A DNA stretch of 62,927 nt, counting the filler, from Stramenopiles sp. TOSAG23-3 (Eukaryota), in assembly GCA_900128585.1 (NCBI GenBank). It is 11 parts of 11 records of this genome, joined end to end, with 100 filler letters (N's around TTAATTAATTAA, not from the genome) between each part and the next. Parts side by side here need not be neighbours in the genome. Positions count along the whole stretch, not along the records: positions 40,153 to 45,773 come from LT643471.1; positions 45,874 to 51,493 come from LT643472.1; positions 51,594 to 57,212 come from LT643473.1; 8 more parts are not named here. One strand, 5' to 3'. The notes beneath the pieces are model-generated. The model saw nothing but the letters and a program-made list of their open reading frames with translations. It ran no database searches and had not been told where the DNA came from. Below, piece after piece: positions 44,129 to 53,843 of the stretch. The first letter of the stretch is position 1, and the number at the start of each line of letters is the position of its first letter. The position numbers and the translations under genes were made by a program.

Positions 44129-44568
44129 ATTAAGTACTAGAATGGTGTGCCTTTTAAACGGTAAAAGAAAGCTCCGGGTCGTTGATATTAGTTTTACATT
44201 TTCTTGTTACTTGCAACAGAATTGCATTCTTTTAGTTAGTTCGGTGAGCAAGGAGGGAACCCGCGAAATGACAAGGAGGAGGATGGAAAACAACACAAAG
44301 TTTTTTTGAATTCAAAATAATTAGGTTTTGTACTTGTATTTGGTATTAACAATGTTCAATATTCCTATCATTATAATAAATGATTATTATTAAAAAAAAC
44401 AAATTATATATAGTACTATTTAGATAGATTGATTATTATTATTTTTATACAATATTAATTTTATACTTTTTACTAAGTTATTACTTCGTATTTATTATTA
44501 TTATTTACATTTTTTTCGTTGCAAGAAGTTGTTCTTGCGCGCTATTCTTCATGATTTCATGGATGCAA

Positions 44569-45771
44569 TCATTTTTTCATACAGGATGCGGCGGCAGTAA
44601 ATCGAGGGCGACAACAAATATTGTCCGACCCTCCTTTGCAGTACCCTTTTTGTAGCACTCCGTCTGTGCAGGAAGACGTGGGTCCGCAGACCCCTACTAT
44701 TTCGTACATGCATGCTTTGCCAGGCTGGCCAATTTCCTTTGAATCGACTTCGAGGAGAAACGTATTTGCTCGCCTTCGCCGCGGCACGCTTGGGACGGGA
44801 ACATGCGGCAACACAGGGCACTCTTTCTTTAGCAATGTAAGGATTTCCCCCAGTTTCTTACTAGACTGCTTTCGGGATTGAAACGTACACCCCACCCCTT
44901 CGCATTTGCGACGAAGGGAGTTTGGCGCGAAATCTTTGGTTTTCTCTCCCGGGTGTGCCCCGTGAGCAACCACTACCCCAGGACATTGCCCCTTTTTGCA
45001 TTTAGCGTCCGTACGTATCAAGTCGACCCTTCTATTAACAGCCCTCCCTGCTGGATTATCTACCGAATTACCATTTATTACCCTATGGTTTGCGTTCACT
45101 GGGTCATTTTCGCCCCGGGTATACTTGCACGTGCGTAAATCCTCTGAAGTGGGGCTGCATTGTTGGGGGTCTTCTATTCGTTTCATGATACTCGGGTCCT
45201 TTCCTGCGATCTCTCTTACACGGGTGTAAACAGCAATCGCACGCCGAAGCCCAAGCTTGAAGTTGTAGTTCCAGCTACCCTTTGAGTCTGTATGCCCTTG
45301 TATCATAATGGTTGCAGTCGGATTTTTCCGTAGAAAGCATACATACAAGTTCAAGATTTCGTCATTTTCAGGAGCAAGTACGTCCGAATCAAACCCAAAT
45401 TTTAAATCCGCACTGAATCGACACGGCATATCCACAGCATTTGTTGTTTTGCAGCATTCTGCAAACGAACACACATTGTCTTTACACCTTGCATTTAGTT
45501 TTTTATCTTCTGTAACAAAAGCGCACTCGTGCACATTATCTGGGCATTCCAGCCCACAGAGAGATTTCCATTTCTTACTTTCCCTTGCACAAGTTTGGGG
45601 TACCTCTTCCTTCTCACAACAATCATCAAACGTACACCCACCTTCGCTCGCGCACTCGTGTTCATTAATGTGCTCGTCGGACTTAATTTTTCCACACTTT
45701 CCCTCTGATTTGGTGTTTTGAAGCTGGAGCAGAAACATGGTGTGGGCCCTTCGGTATCGTTTTGCTGGCGC
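44569..45771 (-). CDS. 5'-partial Cys-rich protein with OmpA-like C-terminal (peptidoglycan-binding) domain and a C-terminal six-Cys beta-defensin-like module
   Basis: Frame is open to the contig edge (APAKRYRRAHTMFLLQL). OmpA motifs: FGFDSDVL..IQGHTDSKGSWNYNFKLGLRRAIAV..GENDP..GRAVNRRVD. Cys module: C-x7-C-x5-C-x9-C-x7-CC. Confidence 0.85.
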   Translation of the reverse strand, partial: APAKRYRRAHTMFLLQLQNTKSEGKCGKIKSDEHINEHECASEGGCTFDDCCEKEEVPQTCARESKKWKSLCGLECPDNVHECAFVTEDKKLNARCKDNVCSFAECCKTTNAVDMPCRFSADLKFGFDSDVLAPENDEILNLYVCFLRKNPTATIMIQGHTDSKGSWNYNFKLGLRRAIAVYTRVREIAGKDPSIMKRIEDPQQCSPTSEDLRTCKYTRGENDPVNANHRVINGNSVDNPAGRAVNRRVDLIRTDAKCKKGQCPGVVVAHGAHPGEKTKDFAPNSLRRKCEGVGCTFQSRKQSSKKLGEILTLLKKECPVLPHVPVPSVPRRRRANTFLLEVDSKEIGQPGKACMYEIVGVCGPTSSCTDGVLQKGYCKGGSDNICCRPRFTAAASCMKK

Positions 45772-45773
45772 AT

Positions 45774-45873
45774 NNNNNNNNNNNNNNNNNNNNNNNNNNN
45801 NNNNNNNNNNNNNNNNNTTAATTAATTAANNNNNNNNNNNNNNNNNNNNNNNNNNNNNNNNNNNNNNNNNNNN
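45774..45873. other. Artificial contig linker
   Basis: N44-TTAATTAATTAA-N44. Confidence 0.98.
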
Positions 45874-46110
45874 AATAATAATAATAGTCTAGACGACGAC
45901 TAATAATACTTTATGAAAAGTATATATATATAGTCACACAGACAGAAGAAGAAGATTAACACCATATTTTGGGTGGGTGGGATTGGTATGAAGAAGTGGG
46001 GGGTGGGGGGGGAAGGAATCATTTATAGATAAGTAGATTTGTTGTACATTTTTAAGACATTGTCTGGTTTGCCTATCATCAGCTTTCCGTTATCGATCAG
46101 CAGAGCAAGT

Positions 46111-46770
46111 ATGGCAGCAGTGGCAAAGAATGAAAACATAGACGTAGAGGGGGAGGAGGAAGAAGAAGAGGAGGTGGCGGACGGTGCCGGGCCCGAAGCC
46201 AGTGTCGAAACAGTTGCCCGCGTGGCCCCGGAGGCCACTGCCGAAATTGTGCAATCAGGCAATGCAGTCGATGCGCCCAGGCACGCCTCTTTTAACGAAA
46301 ACGTTGCGTCTGCCGCGAAGCGAGCGAGTGGGATGTGGGCCTGGACCGTCGCAAAGGCTCAAGAAAAGGCTGCGCAGGCAAAAAAAGCAGCACAGCCCCA
46401 CCTCATTGTTGCAGGAGAGAACATAAGCAAGGCTGCCCAGGTGACCCGAGAAAGGGCCACAAGTGCTGCAGAGGCAACGAGGGAGAGGGCTTCGAGTGCG
46501 GTACAGGCAACGAAGGAGGCTTTTAGCGAAGAGAACCAAAGGCTAGCAAAAGCAAAGGCAAAACAGAAAGCGAACGACGCCTACGACGCGATGCTGGTCG
46601 CTTCGCAAAAGGCCGCGGAAGCGGCTAAAGTGGCCGCCATTCAGACCAAAAGGGCGGCCATACAGACGGGGGAGGCCATAAAACGGACGTCGGACCAGGT
46701 TATTGCAAAGTCGCGGTCGAAAATAGGAGGGCATACGTCAGAGATTGAGATTGGCGAGGTCAGCTTGTGA
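46111..46770 (+). CDS. Ala/Lys/Glu-rich helical protein with LEA-like 11-mer repeats
   Basis: AAQVTRERATS / AAEATRERASS / AVQATKEAFSE repeats; ATG at 46111. Confidence 0.65.
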   Translation: MAAVAKNENIDVEGEEEEEEEVADGAGPEASVETVARVAPEATAEIVQSGNAVDAPRHASFNENVASAAKRASGMWAWTVAKAQEKAAQAKKAAQPHLIVAGENISKAAQVTRERATSAAEATRERASSAVQATKEAFSEENQRLAKAKAKQKANDAYDAMLVASQKAAEAAKVAAIQTKRAAIQTGEAIKRTSDQVIAKSRSKIGGHTSEIEIGEVSL

Positions 46771-46928
46771 GCGTGCGGTGCGCCCTCGAAACAACAAAAG
46801 CAGTCTGAAAAATATTTTTATTTTACAAAAGTTATACGCGCTTTACGAGAGACGTGTACGCACGCTTTTAGTATTTTTAACAACTCACATATATATTTTA
46901 ATGTTTGTGTAAACTTATTGAGTCATTT

Positions 46929-49900
46929 CTATGTCCCCGCATTCCTTACCTCTTGGACGCTGGCTCTCGCCGCCTTCTGCAACGAGGCATACTTTGCTTT
47001 AAAGGTAAGGTCTGATGCGGCGTTGTCCCCGTGGCAACTTAGGCTCAACCGGGGGCGCTGCAACGCAAGCTCTCCGCTCACGGAGGGACTGCTGAAACTA
47101 ACAGCGTCTGACTTGACCCCGTCGTGGATTATGGTGAAGCCATAATTCGATTTTCTATTGCTAATCCAATCCCGCACCCAATCGGTGACGTCTAATGCCA
47201 CAAAATTGTATATGCGCGACGCCTTCGCAGTTTTGCAATCGGTCATGCCTGGCATAACCTGTTCGCTGAACGTATTGAAGGTGATATCGCTGTCCCACGG
47301 CTTAATGTTCTTGCAATATTTAAACGACGTGCCACTCTGGCTTGTTACAAAAAGCCGCAATTTGGATGATTTTATCATGGCCCCTTCCTCCGCCTTGGAT
47401 ATCAATTCGCCTAGTGCAATTTTCATCAAAATGTACGCGGAGTTGGGGGAATCGTCGTAGGACATTAAGGATTGCCCAATCTCCTGCACCTTCTCTAAGG
47501 ACGATTTGGTCGCCCCAGACACGGCCATCGCGACCGTCAGCTTCTCCGAATCCAACGGGGTTACGAAGGGGGACTGGCGATTCCGGGCGCTCTTGCAAGA
47601 CCATCGGGATGCCCCGAGGTGTTCTTTGCTATAACTGTGCCATGCGTCAGTGGTGTCAATGCGGCACATTGCGGAAGTTTTTATCTTCGCGTACGACGAG
47701 TGGGAGTAAATCCAGAATGCTTTCGACGCCATGCCTGGGACGACCCCCCATGGCACCGTCCCTTCCCCTTCGTTGGTCCCGATCTCTGCGGCTTTTGCCC
47801 AGTTGGTGTCGTCATGGTCTGCCTTGGCCAAGGCCGCGGCATTTTCGTCAAACAAAAGGTCCTTACACTTCCAGGTAGAACTGGACACTATACTATCTCC
47901 AATGGACGCGATGAACCCGGCGCGGTTGTTTCCCCTTCCGTTGACTTTCACGGCGAACGATTTCGACGCGGGGTCTACGCGGAACCGGGAGATCTCTTTC
48001 ATTTCGTTGTACTTTCCAGTGCCAACCAACTTCCCATCCGCAAAGAGCTCGAAACTGTCGTCTGCTAAAATTCGAACCGGCCAGCCCCCCGTCACTACCT
48101 TGACATCGTCTATGCCAAATACATTGCAACAGTAGCAATCGTGCGCCTCCTGGTAAAACCGGATTCGCAGCTTCTGGCCTTTGTTTGCTGGGTTGGACGG
48201 GTGCAGCTGCCGGTCAACGGCTTCTTGCGGGATGCGCAGGGTCATCAAACTCCAGTCTGTCGTCATGTTGGTCTCCGCGTAAAGCTTTGCCGGGAACGCT
48301 TTCAACTGCTTCCAAATGCACAACTTGTTTACGGACTCCATGGTATGCTTGCTCAGTGGGTTGGATCGCATGTCTTCCTTGGCCGCGAGGCACTCCTTCG
48401 TCTCTGGGTACTTGCAGTCCTCCACGCACCATTGAACGACTGGGTCTGTTTTCCCCGGCATCCTCAACGCGGCGCCGTCCGCGACCATATGTTTTTCGTC
48501 GTGCTCGTTCGCCTTGACATCTGCAAATATATTTGCCTCTTCCTTCTTCGCAACCTCGCACGCGCTTTCTAGCACGTGTTTTCCCAACATGCGCCCAACT
48601 TTGACAAAGTCTTGTACGCACGTTTCCATCGCCTTCGAGTCGGGGGCGGGCATGCCAGTGCACTCAACAAGCTTCGCTTTGCACAGCTCCGTGGCCTCTT
48701 CGGTGCTAATGACGTCGCTTTTCGGCTGCATCGCTTTCGCGGGCGCCGCTTTTGGGAGCCGCCTGGACACAATCCTGGAAAAAATTCGCTTGAATTTGAA
48801 GTTCTGGTTGTACACGGGGGGCTCGAAACCGGAGCAAGAGAAGTGTGAGTTTTCTTTCGTCTTTATCGTCATGGGGCCACTGAAGAACTCTTTCGATGTC
48901 ATGTGGAAATCCCCTCGCTTCCCGCTGGAAGCGAGGAGCTTTTCGCCGCTAGTGTCGCCGCTGGTCCCTTTGTTTCCGTAGTACCCGCACAGGCCGGTCG
49001 ACTTTCCGTCGCGAGGAGATTTGACCGTCAAATACGAGTTCAATCCTTCGCCGCAATCGTACTCAATGGACCAGCCATTGACCGAGATCGTGCTGGTGGT
49101 GACTTTGATCCCTAACTTTGTCGTGAAGTCACGCGTCTTTTGTTCGATACACTTTTCGCCATCTTGATAGAAAAACTTGCAATCCATCATCGAGACGGTG
49201 TCGCACGGCCCTTTCATGTTCCCGCCCTTGTTGGTAACGCCGTCTTGGAACGGACCCCCATTACAGACACGAAGGGACACGCCCGCATTCTTTGCCCTGG
49301 ATCCAGCCGCTTTCGTGACGACGTGCGCTTCGACGTTCACGTCTGGATGGCGGGACCAAACAAACTCGCCGACGTCATACAGGTTGAAACTCTCCCCGTT
49401 TGCGGTGCTTGGGTGGGGCAAAAGGCCCACGTTGCGGCAGCGGCTGAAGCCGTCTTTCGTGTTTACCTTGGACACGATCCCGCAGTTTTTACCCATGTAG
49501 TCCGCCTCGCACTTGCAAATACAGGCCATTGCCTTTTCGTTGTGGCACAGGTATTTATCTTTGTCGGAGCGCGCGCCTTCGACCCAACGCCCGTCCTTGA
49601 AGCACGAGGATTGGTAGACCCCGGTCCCGTGCCCACTGCAGCCCGGTTTGTCCTGGCACTTCTGGTACGCCTCCAGTTCTCGGATCCTGCGCTGTGCTTG
49701 ACGTTTCTCGAGCCTTACCAAGCCTTCATGGTTGATCTGGCAGATCTTGTCGCCCTTGTCGGGGCCGTCCTTCAGGTAGAACGAAATTAACCCACCCTTC
49801 GAGGCGTCTATTTCCTTTGTCGTCAAGTACCGTGCACCTCCGTGCTTCAGGGTACGCACGCCGTCCTTGTTGCCCGCGAAAAGGGCTGCGTTGTGGCCTT

Positions 49901-50555
49901 TCCCCACGGAGCCAAGCATGGTGGACTGGAGCACTTCTGAGAGCGTACTCAACTCTTTGTCCCACGTATGCCCTTCGAACTCGACCGGACCGTTCTCGCT
50001 GCCCATCGCATATCGCCTCCTTCCACCGTACCCCCCAATGACTTTGCCTTCGAAAGTTTCGTGAAACACTGTCACCGGCTTGCCCGCGGTGCGGTCGGGC
50101 TTTTCAAACGCGTTCTGGCCGTCGGCATCGCCCTGTGGTAGCTTTTGCTTGCTGCATCTTTCAAACGCGGTTGTTAGTGTTTCCAGGTTCAGCTGCTTGC
50201 AGGGGTTTTGGTCGGCGAAGCATGTGGCGGCCTTCTTCAACACTGCCGTGTTGAACGTGGGGCATTTCAATTTTTCTAAATAAAATTTGAAAGTAAAGTC
50301 TCTCTCCTCGCCGTCTTTGCCTGTGCCAATGCGACACTCCGGCTTTAGGTTGTACGTTTTTACTTCCCCATTCCCGCACCTTTTCGATTTTGGGCCGACA
50401 CTGCTACCCCCAAGAGTACCGCCGCTCTTCGCCACTCGTCGTTGAGACAGCGTTTTTAACGATTCGACCGTGTGCAGCTTGTGGACCGCAGCTAACACAT
50501 CCTGAGACCCAATAAGGACCAGGAAGAAAATCGCTAGGTGAACCTTTGACGTCAT
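46929..50555 (-). CDS. Secreted modular protein: split reelin-like domain containing EGF + VWD insert, CBM67-like lectin domain, DNRLRE/CBM96-like domain
   Basis: Signal peptide. Reelin halves: AALF.G..RYLTTKEID..ISFYLK and RIRFYQ..FGIDDV. EGF: CSGHG..CKC...YMGKNC. VWD: GLCGYY. Lectin-like: ADDSFELFADG..SSTWKC..DDTNW..PWG..AFWIY. C-terminal: LDVTDWVRDW..NYGF..FSS..RPRL. Confidence 0.75.
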   Translation of the reverse strand: MTSKVHLAIFFLVLIGSQDVLAAVHKLHTVESLKTLSQRRVAKSGGTLGGSSVGPKSKRCGNGEVKTYNLKPECRIGTGKDGEERDFTFKFYLEKLKCPTFNTAVLKKAATCFADQNPCKQLNLETLTTAFERCSKQKLPQGDADGQNAFEKPDRTAGKPVTVFHETFEGKVIGGYGGRRRYAMGSENGPVEFEGHTWDKELSTLSEVLQSTMLGSVGKGHNAALFAGNKDGVRTLKHGGARYLTTKEIDASKGGLISFYLKDGPDKGDKICQINHEGLVRLEKRQAQRRIRELEAYQKCQDKPGCSGHGTGVYQSSCFKDGRWVEGARSDKDKYLCHNEKAMACICKCEADYMGKNCGIVSKVNTKDGFSRCRNVGLLPHPSTANGESFNLYDVGEFVWSRHPDVNVEAHVVTKAAGSRAKNAGVSLRVCNGGPFQDGVTNKGGNMKGPCDTVSMMDCKFFYQDGEKCIEQKTRDFTTKLGIKVTTSTISVNGWSIEYDCGEGLNSYLTVKSPRDGKSTGLCGYYGNKGTSGDTSGEKLLASSGKRGDFHMTSKEFFSGPMTIKTKENSHFSCSGFEPPVYNQNFKFKRIFSRIVSRRLPKAAPAKAMQPKSDVISTEEATELCKAKLVECTGMPAPDSKAMETCVQDFVKVGRMLGKHVLESACEVAKKEEANIFADVKANEHDEKHMVADGAALRMPGKTDPVVQWCVEDCKYPETKECLAAKEDMRSNPLSKHTMESVNKLCIWKQLKAFPAKLYAETNMTTDWSLMTLRIPQEAVDRQLHPSNPANKGQKLRIRFYQEAHDCYCCNVFGIDDVKVVTGGWPVRILADDSFELFADGKLVGTGKYNEMKEISRFRVDPASKSFAVKVNGRGNNRAGFIASIGDSIVSSSTWKCKDLLFDENAAALAKADHDDTNWAKAAEIGTNEGEGTVPWGVVPGMASKAFWIYSHSSYAKIKTSAMCRIDTTDAWHSYSKEHLGASRWSCKSARNRQSPFVTPLDSEKLTVAMAVSGATKSSLEKVQEIGQSLMSYDDSPNSAYILMKIALGELISKAEEGAMIKSSKLRLFVTSQSGTSFKYCKNIKPWDSDITFNTFSEQVMPGMTDCKTAKASRIYNFVALDVTDWVRDWISNRKSNYGFTIIHDGVKSDAVSFSSPSVSGELALQRPRLSLSCHGDNAASDLTFKAKYASLQKAARASVQEVRNAGT

Positions 50556-51493
50556 GTTGAACTCTCCAGTCAACCACAATAAATTCTAGACACGTTTCTG
50601 TACCTTCCAGAGACTGTCCCACAGTTTTAGATTGATTCTCTCGCCAATGCAATCGATGTGCACAGACCTGCGCTTCTTCTTCTCACTATCCAAAATTGAT
50701 GACGATTATTGCCTTTTCCGTAATTATTCCGTGCTAATCATATTGAGTCTATGGTAGGGCCATGTAGTACCGCTTATGTGGAAATCCCCCCCCTTTTTTT
50801 TCTCTTCGGCGGGTTTTGCGTCTTTTTAAGAAAATTTTCATTTCTACAAATAGTAGTATACTTAATGGTATATATAAGTATATACTAATATTTTATTAAG
50901 TACATTAAGTCACCTGTATAAAAAACAAAAAGATTACCATTTTCGATCCTCAGGATTCTAACGTGCAGAAATAGGATTTCAATGCTCTGTCTTTTTTAAC
51001 TGTCTTCCTCCCTTTGTAAATTAAGGCATACATGATTTAAATTATTTATTAAATATTTTATAACTATCTAGTCGTATATAATAAGACAAACTATATATAT
51101 ACTACAAAACACCTTAAGATTGTTCTCTAAATAAAATAGAATGAGGAACAGAAGAAGAGAGAAGAGAAGGAAGGACAAGACTTCCCCAAAAGCTTTTACA
51201 TAGTAGTACAGCTAATATATGATTGTGATTGACCTAAAAGATATCCAAATCACGTAACAATTTTAGTCGAATAAAACTAACAATGATATAACTATATTAA
51301 ATATATACTAACTACGTTAAGTATGTGATTCAGAGAGATATACAAACATTCGGAGATTCGGAGTTGGAAATAGAGAGATGAGAGCTGACAGCTGACAGCT
51401 GCTGACGACAACAACGAAGAAGAAGAAAGAAGAACGACGAAGAAATAATAATAATAAAAAATAATACCACCACCAACAACAACAACCAAAAAA

Positions 51494-51593
51494 NNNNNNN
51501 NNNNNNNNNNNNNNNNNNNNNNNNNNNNNNNNNNNNNTTAATTAATTAANNNNNNNNNNNNNNNNNNNNNNNNNNNNNNNNNNNNNNNNNNNN
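51494..51593. other. Artificial contig linker
   Basis: N44-TTAATTAATTAA-N44. Confidence 0.98.
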
Positions 51594-51672
51594 TTGCGCC
51601 GGTTCGCCTGCTCAAGTTTACGCTGGTCCTTTGCGCCTGCCTCGGCATGGTTGACCGGCTTCCCCCCATCGT
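51594..51672. repeat. Left arm of exact 79-bp terminal inverted repeat of contig 10 (partner 57134..57212)
   Basis: Exact reverse complement; the match ends at the 80th base. Confidence 0.95.
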
Positions 51673-52573
51673 TCAACACAATTTGCCTCGCAATTTCATA
51701 AAAAGCTTCCTCCACGTTGTCCCCGTTCTTCGCGCTCGTTTCGAAATATTTACAACCGTACTTGGCAGCGACACCCTCCGCCTCTTCGGTCTCCGTTTGC
51801 CGCTTTTTCGCCAAATCGGCCTTGTTTCCAACGAGTAACTTCATCACGTTTTGATTCGCATGTTTCGATATGTTATCCATCCAATATTCTATGTTCGTAA
51901 AGGTTTCCTTCTCCGTAATGTCGTACACCAAAACTATTCCGTGCGACCCCTTGTAGTACGCCCGCGTTATCACGTGAAACCTTTCTTGCCCCGCCGTGTC
52001 CCACACTTGGCACTTGACCCGCTTCCCCTCCACCGTCAAGTAATGCACTTTGAAATCTATCCCAACGGTCGAGATGAAGTTGTGCTTATAATTGTTTTCT
52101 TGGTACCGCTGCAACAGGCAAGTCTTTCCAACGCCACTGTCCCCTAGCAGCAAGACTTTTATATACAAGTCAAAGGACTCGTCTTGCTCTTCGCCTTTCT
52201 TCCCACCCTTTTCCACCGTAGTGGGCCTCAGCGATAGCTCTAAATCCCTCTCTGCCCGCTCCTCCTCCGTCAAAGGCCGCGGCTTCTCTGGGCGCCCGCC
52301 CTGGGCCCCGTTGTGAACGTTTTGCATTATTTCCACCGTGCGCCTGGACACCTTCCCAGGCTTCTTCCCAGGCTTTCTATTCGAGCGCGAGCTTCTACCA
52401 CCACTACTCGCGGCGACCGTATCTTCGTTATCGTTGTCTTCGTGGAAGCTCTGCGTCCTCCCGCGACCGACCACCATCGGGGCGTCCAAATCATCGTCGC
52501 ACTCGTTGTCGCTCTCGTGAAAGCTGGAGGTACGGTCCCGCCCGGGCCCTCGAGAAGCAGCGAAATCAGTCAT
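51594..52573 (-). CDS. RAB8: Rab8/Sec4-like GTPase with about 130-aa N-terminal extension; C-terminus cut by contig end
   Basis: GDSGVGKT, FISTVGIDFK, WDTAGQERFHVITRAYY, GNKAD, ETSAK. Confidence 0.85.
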
Positions 52574-53225
52574 AATGGCCGTTGTGCACGGAAAGGACAA
52601 GTCTGGGTCAGTTGGGTCCTACGAGGGGGGAGAGTCTCTGAGAAATGGAATACGACGTCCCTTCTTTTTACGAACAGAATTAATCAGTCTCACTTTTCCT
52701 TTCTCAATTAAAAAAGAGAAGGTACAATTAGCTATATACACTAGAGTAGACGATATAGAAACATTGTTGATTGATTAAAAAACAACCAACACAAGAAAGA
52801 GTATTATTATTAAGAATAATTATTATGATGAAGAAAGAATAAAAATAGGACTACTAAGCTTTATTATTTAATAAGAAAAACCAATTGGAGAGCTTAATAC
52901 TATTATAAGAAGAAGGTTTATTTAAATAAAATAAAACTAAATATAACTGCCTTATTTCTATGCTCTGATGATGTATTATAGTTAAATACTAATAATGGAG
53001 TACATATACATATTACCAAGTACAAGAACCCGTAGTCTAGTATAAAAATAATAGAATAAATAGAAGACGTGGACTAATAAAGAAAATGTTGTACTTATTT
53101 GTTTTAAAATTAGTATTTAAATAAATATTTATTAGACTATTATATATGCACAACACTTTATTTCATTCAAAAAAATAAATATAATACCAGTTCATAATAC
53201 TGTTCAATACTATTCCAACAAGACG

Positions 53226-53540
53226 ACTCTTCTCTTCAGATTCTCTTCTCTTCTCTTCTCTTCGATTCTCTTCTCTTCAGATCTTCAGATTCTTCTCTTC
53301 TCTTCTCTTCTCTTCTCTTCAGATCTTCAGATTCTCTTCTCTTCTCTTCAGATTCTCTTCTCTTCTCTTCAGATTCTCTTCTATTCTCTTCAGATTCTCT
53401 TCTATTCTCTTCAGATTCTCTTCTCTTCTCTTCAGATTCTCTTCTCTTCAGATTCTCTTCTATTCTCTTCAGATTCTCTTCTCTTCTCTTCAGATTCTCT
53501 TCTCTTCTCTCTTCAGATTCTCTTCTCTTCAGAAGATTCT
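53226..53540. repeat. Compound minisatellite of (TTCTC)n interrupted by TTCAGA
   Basis: About 13 units of ctcttcagattctcttct with variable TTCTC counts. Confidence 0.9.
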
Positions 53541-53843
53541 TCTTTAAGAAGAAGAAGAAGAGGAGAAGAAGAAGAAGAGAGAAATAATTTTTTATTATTA
53601 TTCTTATTAAAATAATAGACGACTAATTTTATTAATAAAAAAAATAAATATAAAAAACGAAATTTAGTAAATAATAATACGAGTAAAGGATAAATGCAAA
53701 TAATATATATATAAAAAAAGTGCAAGTTCTTTTTCAAATGTTTACCATTTCCGAAGAGCAAATTTTATGTTCGAGAGGATAATTTACGGGGGGACGACGA
53801 AAGAGGAATCGCCAGTAAAACACTACCGTTTATCCACGACAGA

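Noticed and set aside
44569-50555. Apparent cluster of the OmpA protein and the reelin/lectin protein as a prey-recognition locus
   Set aside because: They lie on different contigs separated by a linker, so adjacency is artificial.
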